19,805 nt of DNA from an uncultured bacterium (GTDB taxonomy: Bacteria; Lernaellota; Lernaellaia; Lernaellales; Lernaellaceae): assembly GCA_964534375.1 (NCBI GenBank), contig CAZHPN010000116.1:1-19805 (forward strand). The letters are read 5' to 3'. A program made the translations under genes and the position numbers. This document shows, piece after piece, positions 1 through 8,439 of this stretch (within the stretch, counting starts at the first letter, position 1; the number at the start of each line of letters is the position of its first letter). Below the pieces are notes generated by a model that was given only the letters and a program-made list of their open reading frames with translations, made no database searches and was not told where the DNA came from.

Positions 1-49
1 GAGGTCTGCGCGACCGACAAAGAGCGCAATTCTGCGCCATTTGAAGCAT
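1..49 (-). CDS. Possible 5' end of a gene downstream of gyrA, running off the window
   Basis: TAGGAG (60-55), 5 nt, ATG at 49. Frame open to the window edge (MLQMAQNCALCRSRRP). Too short to identify. Confidence 0.3.
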   Translation of the reverse strand, partial: MLQMAQNCALCRSRRP

Positions 50-123
50 CGCCGCTCCTAATCCTAAAGCCTATGCCCAAAGGGCGAGGGATTGATGACG
101 GCCGCGCCGAAAACTATGGGAAA

Positions 124-2760
124 TCAGTCGCCTTCGTCGTCCGGGCCGGCATCGGGCTCGTCGGGCTCGTCGGCCGGCGCGTCGTCGGACGATGATTCGT
201 CGGCCGCCGTTTCATCGAGTAGCGTTTCGTCGAGCGGCGAATCGTCGGGCGACAGGATCTCGCGGGGCGGCGGCGGAATCGTGGCCGGAACGGGCGGGGC
301 GCCGCCGTTCGCCGCGCCGTTGGCGTCGTCGACGCCGTTGAGCGGCTCGACGGCAAAGCGATCGACGCCGGTGACCTTTTGGCCTTCTTCGATTTCGATC
401 AGGCGTACGCCCTGCGTGTTGCGGCCGATGACGCTGATGTCGCCGACGCGCAGGCGGATGATCTTGCCCACGTCGGTGCTCATCATCACTTCGTCGTCGT
501 CGTCGACCTGCACCATCCCCACCACCTCGCCGTTGCGGTCGGTGGTCTTGATGGTGATGACCCCCTGGCCGCCGCGATAGTGCGTCGGGTACTCGCTTTC
601 GGCGGTGCGTTTGCCGTAGCCGCGGGCGCAGACAGTGAGCAGCGACGCGCCGGGGCGGACGATCTCCATCGACACCAACTCGTCGCCCGGCGCCAGCGTG
701 ACGCCGCGCACGCCGCGGGCGGCGCGGCCCATCTTGCGCACGTTGCTCTCGGGGAAGCGCATGGCCTTGCCCTGCTTGGTGGCGAGGATGACATCCTGCG
801 CGCCGTCGGTCAGCTTGACGGCGATGACTTCGTCGCCCTCGTCGATCAGCGTGGCGATGATGCCGCTGGCGCGGGGGTTGGCGTACGACATCAAATCGGT
901 GCGTTTGACCACGCCGCGGCGCGTGGCGAACATCACATTGCGGCCCTCGACGAATTCGCGGACCGAGAGGATCGCGGTGATTTTTTCGTCGGCCTGCTGC
1001 AGTTGGACGAGGTTGACGATCGCCTTGCCGCGCGTCGCCCGTCCGGCGGGCGGAATCTGGTAGACCTTCAGCCAGTAGACGCGGCCGGCGTTGGTGAAGA
1101 CCAGCACGTGGTCGTGCGTGCGCGCGACGAAGACCTGATCGACGAAGTCTTCTTCCTTGGTCTCCATGCCGATCTTGCCCTTGCCGCCGCGGTTTTGCGC
1201 GCGGTATTCGGCGGTCTGGTTGCGTTTGACGTAACCGGTCTTGGAGACGGTGACGACGACCTGCTCGTCGGCGATGAGGTCTTCGAGGCTGATCTCGCCC
1301 TCGTCGTCGACGATCTGCGTGCGCCGCGGTTCGCCATATTTGGTCTTCAGCTCGAGCAATTCGTCTTTGATCAGTTGCAGCAAGAGCGTTTCGCTGGCGA
1401 GGATTTCTTTGAGGCGCCCGATGACCTTCAGCAGCTCGTTGTATTCCTCGATGATCTTGTCGCGTTCGAGGCCCGTGAGGCGTTGCAGGCGCATTTCGAG
1501 GATGGCCTGCGCCTGGCGCTCGGACAAGCCGAAGTTGTCAATCAGACCCGTGCGCGCGACATCCGGCGTGCGGCTGGCGCGGATCAGCGCGATCACTTCG
1601 TCGAGGCGGTCGAGCGCGATCTTCAGGCCTTCGAGGATGTGGGCGCGCTCTTCGGCCTTGCGCAATTCGAATTGCGTGCGGCGGGTGACGACTTCGCGGC
1701 GAAAGATAATGAATTCGTCGAGCACGCGGCGCAGCGTGAGGATTTTCGGCTGGCCGTCGACCAGCGTCAGCATGATGACGCCGAAGGTGATCTGGCAGTT
1801 GGTCAGGCCGTAAAGCTGATTGATGATGATCGCGCTGTTGGCTTCTTTTTTCAGATCGAGCACGACGCGCACGCCGTCTTTGTCGGATTCGTCGCGCAGG
1901 TCGGCGATGCCCTCGATCGCCTTGTTGCGGATGTGCTCGGCGATTTCTTCGACCAGGCGCGCCTTGTTGACCTGGTACGGCAGCTCGACGATGACGATGC
2001 TCTCGCGGCCGCCTTTGTCCTCGGTTTCGAGGCGCGCGCGCACGGTCAGCTTGCCGCGGCCCGTCGCGTAGGCTTCGATGATGCCCTGCCGGCCATAGAT
2101 GAAGCCGCCGGTCGGGAAATCCGGCCCGGGAACAAGTTCCAGCAGGGCCAGCGTTTCGAGGTGCGGGTCGTCGATCAGCGCGACCAGCGCATCGACGATT
2201 TCGCGCAGGTTGTGCGGCGGGATCTTGGTCGCCATGCCGACGGCGATGCCTTCGGAACCGTTGATCAGCAAATTCGGCGCCCGCGAGGGCAGGACCAGCG
2301 GCTCGAATTTCGATTCGTCGTAGTTCGGCTGCCAGCCGACGGTTTCCTTGTCGATGTCGGCCAGCAACTCTTCGGCGAAGCGGTGCAGCCGCACCTCGGT
2401 GTAGCGGTAGGCGGCGGCGGGGTCGCCGTCGAGGCTGCCGAAGTTGCCCTGGCCGTCGATCAACGGATGCCGCATCGAGAAGGTCTGCACCATGCGGACG
2501 ACGGAATCATAGATCGCGGCGTCGCCGTGCGGGTGATAGTTGCCCATCACATCGCCGACGATGCGCGCCGCCTTGCGGTAGGCGCGGCCGGGCAGGTTGC
2601 CGGTCTCGTGCATCGTGTACAGGATGCGGCGATGGACCGGCTTGAGGCCGTCGCGGACATCGGGCAGGGCGCGCCCGACGATGACGCTCATCGCGTAGTC
2701 GAGATACGATTGCCGCATCTCGTCTTCGATGTTGATCGACAACTTTTGCTCAGGAGACAT
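124..2760 (-). CDS. gyrA: DNA gyrase subunit A (878 aa)
   Basis: [32 protein letters not shown] and catalytic AAAYRYTE (Tyr120). GyrA-box QNRGGKG in the C-terminal beta-pinwheel distinguishes it from ParC. Acidic tail. RBS GAGG upstream. Confidence 0.98.
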   Translation of the reverse strand: MSPEQKLSINIEDEMRQSYLDYAMSVIVGRALPDVRDGLKPVHRRILYTMHETGNLPGRAYRKAARIVGDVMGNYHPHGDAAIYDSVVRMVQTFSMRHPLIDGQGNFGSLDGDPAAAYRYTEVRLHRFAEELLADIDKETVGWQPNYDESKFEPLVLPSRAPNLLINGSEGIAVGMATKIPPHNLREIVDALVALIDDPHLETLALLELVPGPDFPTGGFIYGRQGIIEAYATGRGKLTVRARLETEDKGGRESIVIVELPYQVNKARLVEEIAEHIRNKAIEGIADLRDESDKDGVRVVLDLKKEANSAIIINQLYGLTNCQITFGVIMLTLVDGQPKILTLRRVLDEFIIFRREVVTRRTQFELRKAEERAHILEGLKIALDRLDEVIALIRASRTPDVARTGLIDNFGLSERQAQAILEMRLQRLTGLERDKIIEEYNELLKVIGRLKEILASETLLLQLIKDELLELKTKYGEPRRTQIVDDEGEISLEDLIADEQVVVTVSKTGYVKRNQTAEYRAQNRGGKGKIGMETKEEDFVDQVFVARTHDHVLVFTNAGRVYWLKVYQIPPAGRATRGKAIVNLVQLQQADEKITAILSVREFVEGRNVMFATRRGVVKRTDLMSYANPRASGIIATLIDEGDEVIAVKLTDGAQDVILATKQGKAMRFPESNVRKMGRAARGVRGVTLAPGDELVSMEIVRPGASLLTVCARGYGKRTAESEYPTHYRGGQGVITIKTTDRNGEVVGMVQVDDDDEVMMSTDVGKIIRLRVGDISVIGRNTQGVRLIEIEEGQKVTGVDRFAVEPLNGVDDANGAANGGAPPVPATIPPPPREILSPDDSPLDETLLDETAADESSSDDAPADEPDEPDAGPDDEGD

Positions 2761-2817
2761 TACAAAAAATAACCTCGCCCCGGCCCACCGTGCGCTATCG
2801 GATGCTCGATCTCAAAA

Positions 2818-2846
2818 AATATACCATATTCGCTGCGGGAGGTCAA
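2818..2846 (-). promoter_or_regulatory. Putative sigma70 promoter of gyrA
   Basis: Minus strand TTGACC (2846-2841), 17 nt, TATATT (2823-2818), with a TGn extended -10. Confidence 0.65.
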
Positions 2847-2912
2847 GGGAAAGTCGCGGCCAAAATGCGAATTATCCCCTGTGTTTTCAATAACTTGCGA
2901 ATTTGTCCGGAA

Positions 2913-4139
2913 TCAGGATTTCGCCGCCGGCGTAACGGCGATTTCCTCGGGGTGACCCAGCAGCGGATGCGCGCCGTCTTCCTCGATGACATAGGACATT
3001 TCCAACCCCGCCGGACCGAGTTCCGGCGAGTACGCTTTGGGCTCGACGGCGACCACCATGCCGGCCTCGAGCGGCGCGCCGAAGCCCTTGGCCAGGATCG
3101 GAAACTCGTCGACCTCCAGGCCGATGCCGTGGCCGAAAAACTTCACGCGGTTGTCGCCGTAGCCCATGAAGCCCTCGGGTTCGCCCGCGGCCTTGGCCCA
3201 GGCGTCGACCTGCCGGTGCACTTCCTCCCATGGGATGCCGGGCCGCAGCAATTCCTCGACCCGGCGCAGCGCCTCCCGGCAGAAATCATGCGCCCGCTTG
3301 ATCGCATCCGGCGGCTCGCCGAGGCAGAACGTGCGCGTGATGTCGGCGTGGTAGCCTTCGAAATTGGCAAGGATGTCGGCCATTACCGGCACGCCGCGGC
3401 GGACCGGCCGGCGGCCCGCGACCACGCCCGAGGCGGGGCTCAGGCCATCGCCGCCGATGGGGCCGTCGAACGACGTGGGGTAGGCCGCGCCGACGCCGGA
3501 GGCGATGACGCAGAACCAGAGGCTCATGCCGCTGCGGCGGAAGCGCACGAGGCCCTGGTGGCCTTCCCGGCGCATCGCGGCCTCGGCGGCGGCGGACAGG
3601 TCGGTTTCCGAAACGCCTTCGGCGAGCAGGCCGCGGATAGCCGCGAACGCGGCGAGGTGCTGCCGCGCGGCATGGACGCAGCGCGCGATTTCCCACGGCG
3701 ATTTGATGGCGCGGACTTGCCGAATCAGCGGGCTGGCATCGTGCCAGGCGATTTGCGGCAGAAGATGCGCCAATTTGAGGTAGGTCGCGGCGGGCGCGAC
3801 GTCGAGGTCGAGGCCGGCGCGGGACGGGCGATCGCCAAGGCGTTCGCGGATCGCGTCGGCGGCGTCGCGCGGGCCCTTGAACGGCCGGATGTCGGCGAGC
3901 GGCGATTCGTATTGCGCGCGCGAAAAACTCTTGCGCACGAACAGCGTCGGTTCGCCCGCGGCCGGCATGAGCAGCCAGCCGTCCGGCATGGTCCCGCTCA
4001 GGTAGAGCACGTCGATCGGATGCGTGAGGATCGCGAGTGGGAGATCGGCCGCCGCCAGCTTCTGCTGGAAACGAGCCAAGCGCGCGGCGATTTCGCTTTG
4101 CGGCGTCAAAGAAGAATCGGTGCTGGCTGCGATCGACAT
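2913..4139 (-). CDS. M24 family metallopeptidase (Xaa-Pro peptidase-like) with N-terminal creatinase-like domain, 408 aa
   Basis: Pita-bread metal ligands: MADI...GYHADITRTF, GHGIGLE, VVAVEPK, GLE. Start moved to ATG 4139 because AGGAG lies just upstream. Confidence 0.9.
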   Translation of the reverse strand: MSIAASTDSSLTPQSEIAARLARFQQKLAAADLPLAILTHPIDVLYLSGTMPDGWLLMPAAGEPTLFVRKSFSRAQYESPLADIRPFKGPRDAADAIRERLGDRPSRAGLDLDVAPAATYLKLAHLLPQIAWHDASPLIRQVRAIKSPWEIARCVHAARQHLAAFAAIRGLLAEGVSETDLSAAAEAAMRREGHQGLVRFRRSGMSLWFCVIASGVGAAYPTSFDGPIGGDGLSPASGVVAGRRPVRRGVPVMADILANFEGYHADITRTFCLGEPPDAIKRAHDFCREALRRVEELLRPGIPWEEVHRQVDAWAKAAGEPEGFMGYGDNRVKFFGHGIGLEVDEFPILAKGFGAPLEAGMVVAVEPKAYSPELGPAGLEMSYVIEEDGAHPLLGHPEEIAVTPAAKS

Positions 4140-4176
4140 GTGAGCTCCTATTTCTCGGCGCCGCGACCGCTGCCGG

Positions 4177-4752
4177 TCAGAACCTCTTTTTCCTGACCTG
4201 CAACGTGGCGCCGCTGTCCAGATCGACGGAGAAGCCGTCGGCAGCGGGCGCATACGACACTTTGCGAATCATCAGCGGCTGCGTGTCAAAACCGATTTCA
4301 ATATTGATCTTGTTGTTCGTCGCGCCCGCGCGGACCCAATTGGCGTTGTTCCTCGCGTCCGTGAATTCCGACTTGCCGCCCAAGCCATAGCCCAGGAGCC
4401 GGGGGTTGTCCAATTCCAGACTGGAGGGCGAGGAAAACGTGTAATCCAGCGGACGGATCTGCGAGGGTTGCTCCGGCGCCAACGACACCCAGTGGTCGCT
4501 GCCCGATTTCGCCACGGCGACGACCTGGGCGATGTCGCGGCCCAGGCGGACCAAACCCGGCGTCGCCGGAATCAGCGCGAGCAGCACATCGGTGCGCTCG
4601 TAGCCGTCGACGCCGGCGCATTGCACGAGCACCGGCGCCAGATCGAGTTCGCGCTGCTGCAGAATCTCATAACGGTCGTCGCACGCGCCGCAGACGACGA
4701 ACAACGCCGCCAATGCCGCGATGCGCAGGCTTCCGCGTTTCCCGCTGTTCAT
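4177..4752 (-). CDS. Hypothetical lipoprotein (191 aa)
   Basis: Start ATG 4752 preceded by GAGGT. Basic N-terminus, hydrophobic stretch IAALAALFVV, lipobox-like CGA-C followed by DD. No family recognised. Confidence 0.7.
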   Translation of the reverse strand: MNSGKRGSLRIAALAALFVVCGACDDRYEILQQRELDLAPVLVQCAGVDGYERTDVLLALIPATPGLVRLGRDIAQVVAVAKSGSDHWVSLAPEQPSQIRPLDYTFSSPSSLELDNPRLLGYGLGGKSEFTDARNNANWVRAGATNNKINIEIGFDTQPLMIRKVSYAPAADGFSVDLDSGATLQVRKKRF

Positions 4753-4798
4753 TTGCTTCGACCTCGAAATATCTGGTGGAACCACGGCCTGCATCCCA

Positions 4799-4826
4799 AA
4801 ATTAACGATTTGGCTTGATCTGTCAA
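4799..4826 (-). promoter_or_regulatory. Possible sigma70 promoter of the lipoprotein/peptidase unit
   Basis: Minus strand TTGACA (4826-4821), 16 nt, TAATTT (4804-4799), in an AT-rich patch. Confidence 0.4.
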
Positions 4827-4904
4827 GGAAAATGGTGCGGCGGGGCCGCCGGGGGCGGCGATTTGCGTTGCTCGCTCCCCGACTTTGCGAAGTCATTCCC
4901 CGGA

Positions 4905-4971
4905 GAATGGTGAATGGAGAATGCAGAATTGCCGACGCCGCGCGAATTTCGCCATTCGCCATTCAACATTC
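4905..4971. repeat. Intergenic heptamer tandem repeats in inverted arrangement
   Basis: GAATGGT GAATGGA GAATGCA GAATTGC (4905-4932), then GAATTTC GCCATTC GCCATTC AACATTC (4944-4971), i.e. reverse-complement units. Confidence 0.7.
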
Positions 4972-5083
4972 CGTGTCCACTTTTCGATGCCGGGCCGGCG
5001 CCTTCCCGTCGGTTTGACTTGCCGCAGACCCCCGTGTAGAAACGGCGACGGACGCGCCAAACAACCTCCGGATCGCCAAAACC

Positions 5084-5863
5084 ATGCCGTCGAAACGCTT
5101 GGTGACGCCTGCTATCGTTGTGCGCCGCTATTCGTTGGCGGAGGCCGACCGCATCGTCGTTCTGTTTACGCCGGAGAATGGCTTGGTGCGCGCCGTGGCG
5201 AAAGGTCAGAAGCGCTCGCAGAAGCGCTTCGCGGGCGTCCTCGATCTGCTTTATTTTCTGGAAGTCGATCTCGCGTCGCGCAAAGGCGAATTGCTGTTGC
5301 TGGAGGGCGCGCGACTCATCGACGGGTTCGCGCCGCTTGGCCGCGACCTGATGATGTACGCCACGGCCTGCCACCTGGCGGAGACGGCCGTGGCCTTCGC
5401 GACGGAGAATCATAGCGATCCGGACGCGTTCGCGGCGCTGGCGGCCGGTCTGACGGCGTTATGCCGCGGCGAAGACCCGGCCAAGGTCAGCCGCGTCGTC
5501 GAACTGTTCACCCTGCGCGCCGCCGGATTGGCGCCGCGGATCGATGTCTGCGCGCTGACCGGGCGGACCTTGGCGCCCGATGAGGTCGTCGCCTTCGAGC
5601 CGCGGCATGGCGGCGCCGTGGCCCTGGAAAAGGCGGCCCCGGGCTCGCTGCGCCTGTCGGCGGCCGACCGCCGAACTTGGCGGGAATTGCTGCAAGCGGA
5701 CCTCGCGACGGCGCTGACCGCGCCGCTCGCCAGAGAACAGGCGCGATCCTTGCGCGCAACGCTCACGGAGATGATCGTTTACTACTCGGGCCGCACGGGC
5801 AGAACGCGGCCGTTTGCCGAGGCGGCGGCGAAGTTTCTGAAAGAGAATCGGAACGCGGGCTGA
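5084..5863 (+). CDS. recO: DNA repair protein RecO (259 aa)
   Basis: N-terminal OB-fold signature AIVVRR..LAEADRIVVLFTPENGLVRAVAKG.KRS.KRFAG. Helical core, then L...G.AP..D.C...G and F....GG motifs. Confidence 0.93.
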   Translation: MPSKRLVTPAIVVRRYSLAEADRIVVLFTPENGLVRAVAKGQKRSQKRFAGVLDLLYFLEVDLASRKGELLLLEGARLIDGFAPLGRDLMMYATACHLAETAVAFATENHSDPDAFAALAAGLTALCRGEDPAKVSRVVELFTLRAAGLAPRIDVCALTGRTLAPDEVVAFEPRHGGAVALEKAAPGSLRLSAADRRTWRELLQADLATALTAPLAREQARSLRATLTEMIVYYSGRTGRTRPFAEAAAKFLKENRNAG

Positions 5864-5885
5864 CGCCGCAACGGGATTTTAAAAG

Positions 5886-5917
5886 CAAATAGCCGGCTCT
5901 TTCGAGCCGGCTATTTG
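5886..5917. terminator. Bidirectional intrinsic terminator between convergent recO and the poly-Pro gene
   Basis: Perfect inverted repeat CAAATAGCCGGCTC-TTTC-GAGCCGGCTATTTG with A/T-rich flanks on both sides. Confidence 0.85.
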
Positions 5918-5939
5918 TGTTCTTATCGCTGAGGATTGC

Positions 5940-6410
5940 TTACTTGGTGGCAGGCGGGGCAGCCGGCGGAGCAGCCGGAGCGTCCTTCTTGCCCTTGTCT
6001 TTCTTGTCGCCCTTCGGCTTATCTTTCTTCACGTGCTTCACCGAGACCAGCATGCCGTCTTTCGCGGTGACGTCGACCATCGTCTTGTCGAAAACGTCGT
6101 CGGCCATGATTTTGGCGGTCGTGCCCTTGAATTCCTTCCATTCCTTCATCACTTTCGCCAGCTGTTTCTTCGACAGCTTGATCTCCGCGCCAGCCGGGGT
6201 GGCTTTGACGTCTTTCATCTGCGCTGCGTTCAACGCAAGGACGACGACCTTTTCCGGCATCATCGGCGGCGGCGGGGGCGGCGGGGGCGGCGGCGGCGGC
6301 GGCGGCGCGGCCGGCGGCGTGGCCGGCGGGGCGTCATCGGCGGCCGTCGCGATTCCGAACATGCAGAACGCCAAGGCAATCACAGCAGCAATCACAAGCA
6401 ATTTCTTCAT
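5940..6410 (-). CDS. Secreted proline/lysine-rich hypothetical protein (156 aa)
   Basis: ATG 6410 with AGGAGG RBS. Sec signal MKKLLVIAAVIALAFCMFGIATA. Run of 14 prolines, about 75-aa core, Lys/Asp-rich and APPA tail. Confidence 0.85.
   Translation of the reverse strand: MKKLLVIAAVIALAFCMFGIATAADDAPPATPPAAPPPPPPPPPPPPPPMMPEKVVVLALNAAQMKDVKATPAGAEIKLSKKQLAKVMKEWKEFKGTTAKIMADDVFDKTMVDVTAKDGMLVSVKHVKKDKPKGDKKDKGKKDAPAAPPAAPPATK
6264..6305 (-). repeat. CCG/CCC trinucleotide tract encoding 14 consecutive prolines
   Basis: Plus strand (CGG)4 GGG (CGG)2 GGG (CGG)6. Confidence 0.9.
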
Positions 6411-6460
6411 TTCTTCTTTTCCTCCTGTTTGGCGTGGGTACGCCAATTGTTGCTAAAAAT

Positions 6461-6496
6461 TTGCGCTGGTATAGCGCAATCCGAACCACCTGTCAA
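6461..6496 (-). promoter_or_regulatory. Putative sigma70 promoter of the poly-Pro gene with overlapping palindrome
   Basis: Minus strand TTGACA (6496-6491), 17 nt, TATACC (6473-6468). Palindrome TTGCGCT-N5-AGCGCAA (6461-6479) straddles the -10. Confidence 0.55.
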
Positions 6497-6651
6497 TTGG
6501 ATAAAATGACGCCCGGAAGGGGCGCCGGCCGGCCGGCCGAAGAACGTCTTGATCTTGCACGCAAATTCTTTTGCCTTTTGCGTATAAAAAATCGTGGCGG
6601 CATGGCCTGCGCCGGCGCCGGGGAGTCCCGCCGGCATGGCGCGACGCGGCG

Positions 6652-8154
6652 CTAGCCGGCCGGCGGCTCCGGCCGCTCGGGCGGGGGGGCGTCGGCCGTC
6701 GAGGCGCGGGCGACGATCCGTTTGGCGTATTCGAGGCTGTCGTCGCCTTGAAAAATCGTGCACAGAATCTCGGGGATCGCCGGCAAATGCTTGGCAAAAT
6801 GGCGGGCCAGAGCCAGGTCGATCGTTTCCAGCACCTGGCGGGCGTCTTTGAAATCGGCCCGAATTTCGCGTTTGCGCTTCTTCCAGTAGACGTGCTCGTC
6901 GTCTTCGAGGAAGCGAATCACGCCGGCCCAGAACATCAGTTTCTGAATGGCGTAAATCGTTTTTTGCGTGAGATCGTAGCGTTGCGCGCCGAGCGCGTCG
7001 CCGGCGAGCGACTCGACCGCGCCGCCGAGCAGGAATTCTTCCAACTCGTATTGGCTGAGCGGATTCCCCGGGCGATTGATGCGAAAAATTTCGGAAATGA
7101 TCGGCAGCGAGACTTCGCGGTTGTAAAGGTAGATCCGCGGCTCCCACAGCGTGCGCAAGTAATCGCCGCGTTTGACGTCCTCCGGCCGCGTCGGAAAGGT
7201 TTGCGTGACGTCGTAATGGTAGTCGCTGAAGCCGTGGTAGCTGCCGGTCCCATACGCCGCCAGCGGCGGCCGGCTGGTGATGGTGACCATCGGGCGCGGA
7301 TTCGGCGCGTCCGCGGCCGTACTCTCGCGCCTCGGCTCGGCCTGGGCGACGGGTTGCTCTTCCCGCGGCACGGGCGGCTGCGCCGTGTCTTTCAACTCGA
7401 TTTTGAGCTCCTGATACCGTTCGTCGAAGGTGACCTTGACGACGTTGGTGCACGCCTCCAGGAACTCGCGGAAGTTGCCGAAGCCGAGATCGGCTTCGTC
7501 GAAGGACGGGGCGAGCTGGATCATCTGCCAGCGCAGCCAGCGGCCGACCGCCGGACGATCGGCGAAGCGGTGGCGCAGCATGGCGCGATACAGCAGGTCG
7601 CGGGCCTCCTGCATGTCCATCTCGCCGACGGCGGCGCGCAAAGAGTGCGGGTCGTCCGCGGCGATCGTGCGGTAAAAACGGAACAGATTGCAGGCGCGCA
7701 CCAGATGCTCGCTCGTGTGCTGCCGCGTGCCGACGCCGACGACTTTCTTGCCGTGCTTGCGCAGGTTGAGAATCAGGCCCGTGTAATCGGAATCGGACGC
7801 GACGATCACGTACGTGGTGACGTGCGGGAACATGAACAACGTTTCGATCGCATCCGCGGTCAACCGGATGTCGGCGGCGTTCTTGCGCTGCGCGCCGCTG
7901 GTGTAAATTTGCACCAGGTCGACGTTGTTGCCGAGCAGATTGTACATGTGCGGATTGACGTAGTGCCAGTTCGAATACGCCTTCTTGACCGCGACCCGCG
8001 CGATGTTCTGGTCGACGTAATCGAGAACCTTGTTTACTTGGAATGGTTCGTCGCCCGACTCTTCAACGGTCAACCGCATGTTCTCAAAATCAACAAAAAT
8101 CGCCGCCACATCTTTCGCCGGATCAAATAACGAAGGCGCTTCATCGTCATACAT
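6652..8154 (-). CDS. NYN (LabA/DUF88, PIN-like) domain protein with OST-HTH/LOTUS domain and extra C-terminal domain (500 aa)
   Basis: AIFVDFEN, KNAADIRLTADA, IVASDSDY..L...LRKHGKKVVGVG, SEHLVRAC..F (NYN acidic motifs). PSFDEADLGFGNFREFLEA (OST-HTH). RBS AGGAG. Confidence 0.92.
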   Translation of the reverse strand: MYDDEAPSLFDPAKDVAAIFVDFENMRLTVEESGDEPFQVNKVLDYVDQNIARVAVKKAYSNWHYVNPHMYNLLGNNVDLVQIYTSGAQRKNAADIRLTADAIETLFMFPHVTTYVIVASDSDYTGLILNLRKHGKKVVGVGTRQHTSEHLVRACNLFRFYRTIAADDPHSLRAAVGEMDMQEARDLLYRAMLRHRFADRPAVGRWLRWQMIQLAPSFDEADLGFGNFREFLEACTNVVKVTFDERYQELKIELKDTAQPPVPREEQPVAQAEPRRESTAADAPNPRPMVTITSRPPLAAYGTGSYHGFSDYHYDVTQTFPTRPEDVKRGDYLRTLWEPRIYLYNREVSLPIISEIFRINRPGNPLSQYELEEFLLGGAVESLAGDALGAQRYDLTQKTIYAIQKLMFWAGVIRFLEDDEHVYWKKRKREIRADFKDARQVLETIDLALARHFAKHLPAIPEILCTIFQGDDSLEYAKRIVARASTADAPPPERPEPPAG

Positions 8155-8206
8155 CGGAATACTCCTTTATAAACAGTTTGATAAAGATCGGCCACACACG
8201 CGACTA

Positions 8207-8234
8207 AAGCTAATTCATTTTCATCACGTGTCAA
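8207..8234 (-). promoter_or_regulatory. Possible sigma70 promoter of the NYN gene
   Basis: Minus strand TTGACA (8234-8229), 16 nt, TAGCTT (8212-8207), in AT-rich intergenic DNA. Confidence 0.4.
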
Positions 8235-8362
8235 CGGCGGCGATCGCTTTCTCGCCGCGTGTCCGCGAGCGAATCCAACCGTTGGCGCTTCCGCGGGACG
8301 GCGGCGCTATCTGTAGATGCCCAGGCAGCGTCGATCCCCCATATTTTGTAACGCTTTTTCCC

Positions 8363-8408
8363 TTGACCGAAAGCCCAAATGTTCGGTATATAGATACCGA
8401 ACATTTGG
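8363..8408 (+). promoter_or_regulatory. lexA promoter with palindromic operator (candidate SOS box)
   Basis: TTGACC (8363-8368) and TATATA (8387-8392). Perfect inverted repeat CCAAATGTTCGGTAT-ATAG-ATACCGAACATTTGG (8375-8408) covers the -10, 31 nt before the lexA ATG. Confidence 0.75.
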
Positions 8409-8439
8409 CGCCGGGGAAGCGCGCCGGGCGAGGCAAACG

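Noticed and set aside
379..2772. 797-aa ORF antisense to gyrA
   Set aside because: Codon-aligned shadow of a high-GC3 gene, with no recognisable motifs. Typical artefact.
2790..4196. 468-aa ORF antisense to the M24 peptidase (likewise 6571-8130, 14819-16081, 17009-18766, 8224-9015)
   Set aside because: Each fully overlaps a well-supported gene on the other strand and has Arg/Ala/Gly-rich shadow composition.
4905..4971. CRISPR array or tRNA
   Set aside because: Units are 7 nt with no unique spacers. No cloverleaf or T-arm motif.
6481..6487. CCGAAC half-site as a second LexA box in the poly-Pro gene promoter
   Set aside because: No matching TTCGG partner at the spacing seen in the lexA operator.
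8235..8345. Structured ncRNA or riboswitch in the NYN-lexA intergenic region
   Set aside because: Only short GC-rich stems expected by chance. No known family motif recognised; an Rfam search would be needed.
8317..8439. N-terminal extension of LexA in the ORF track
   Set aside because: Covers the promoter and operator. ATG 8440 has an RBS and gives a normal LexA length.
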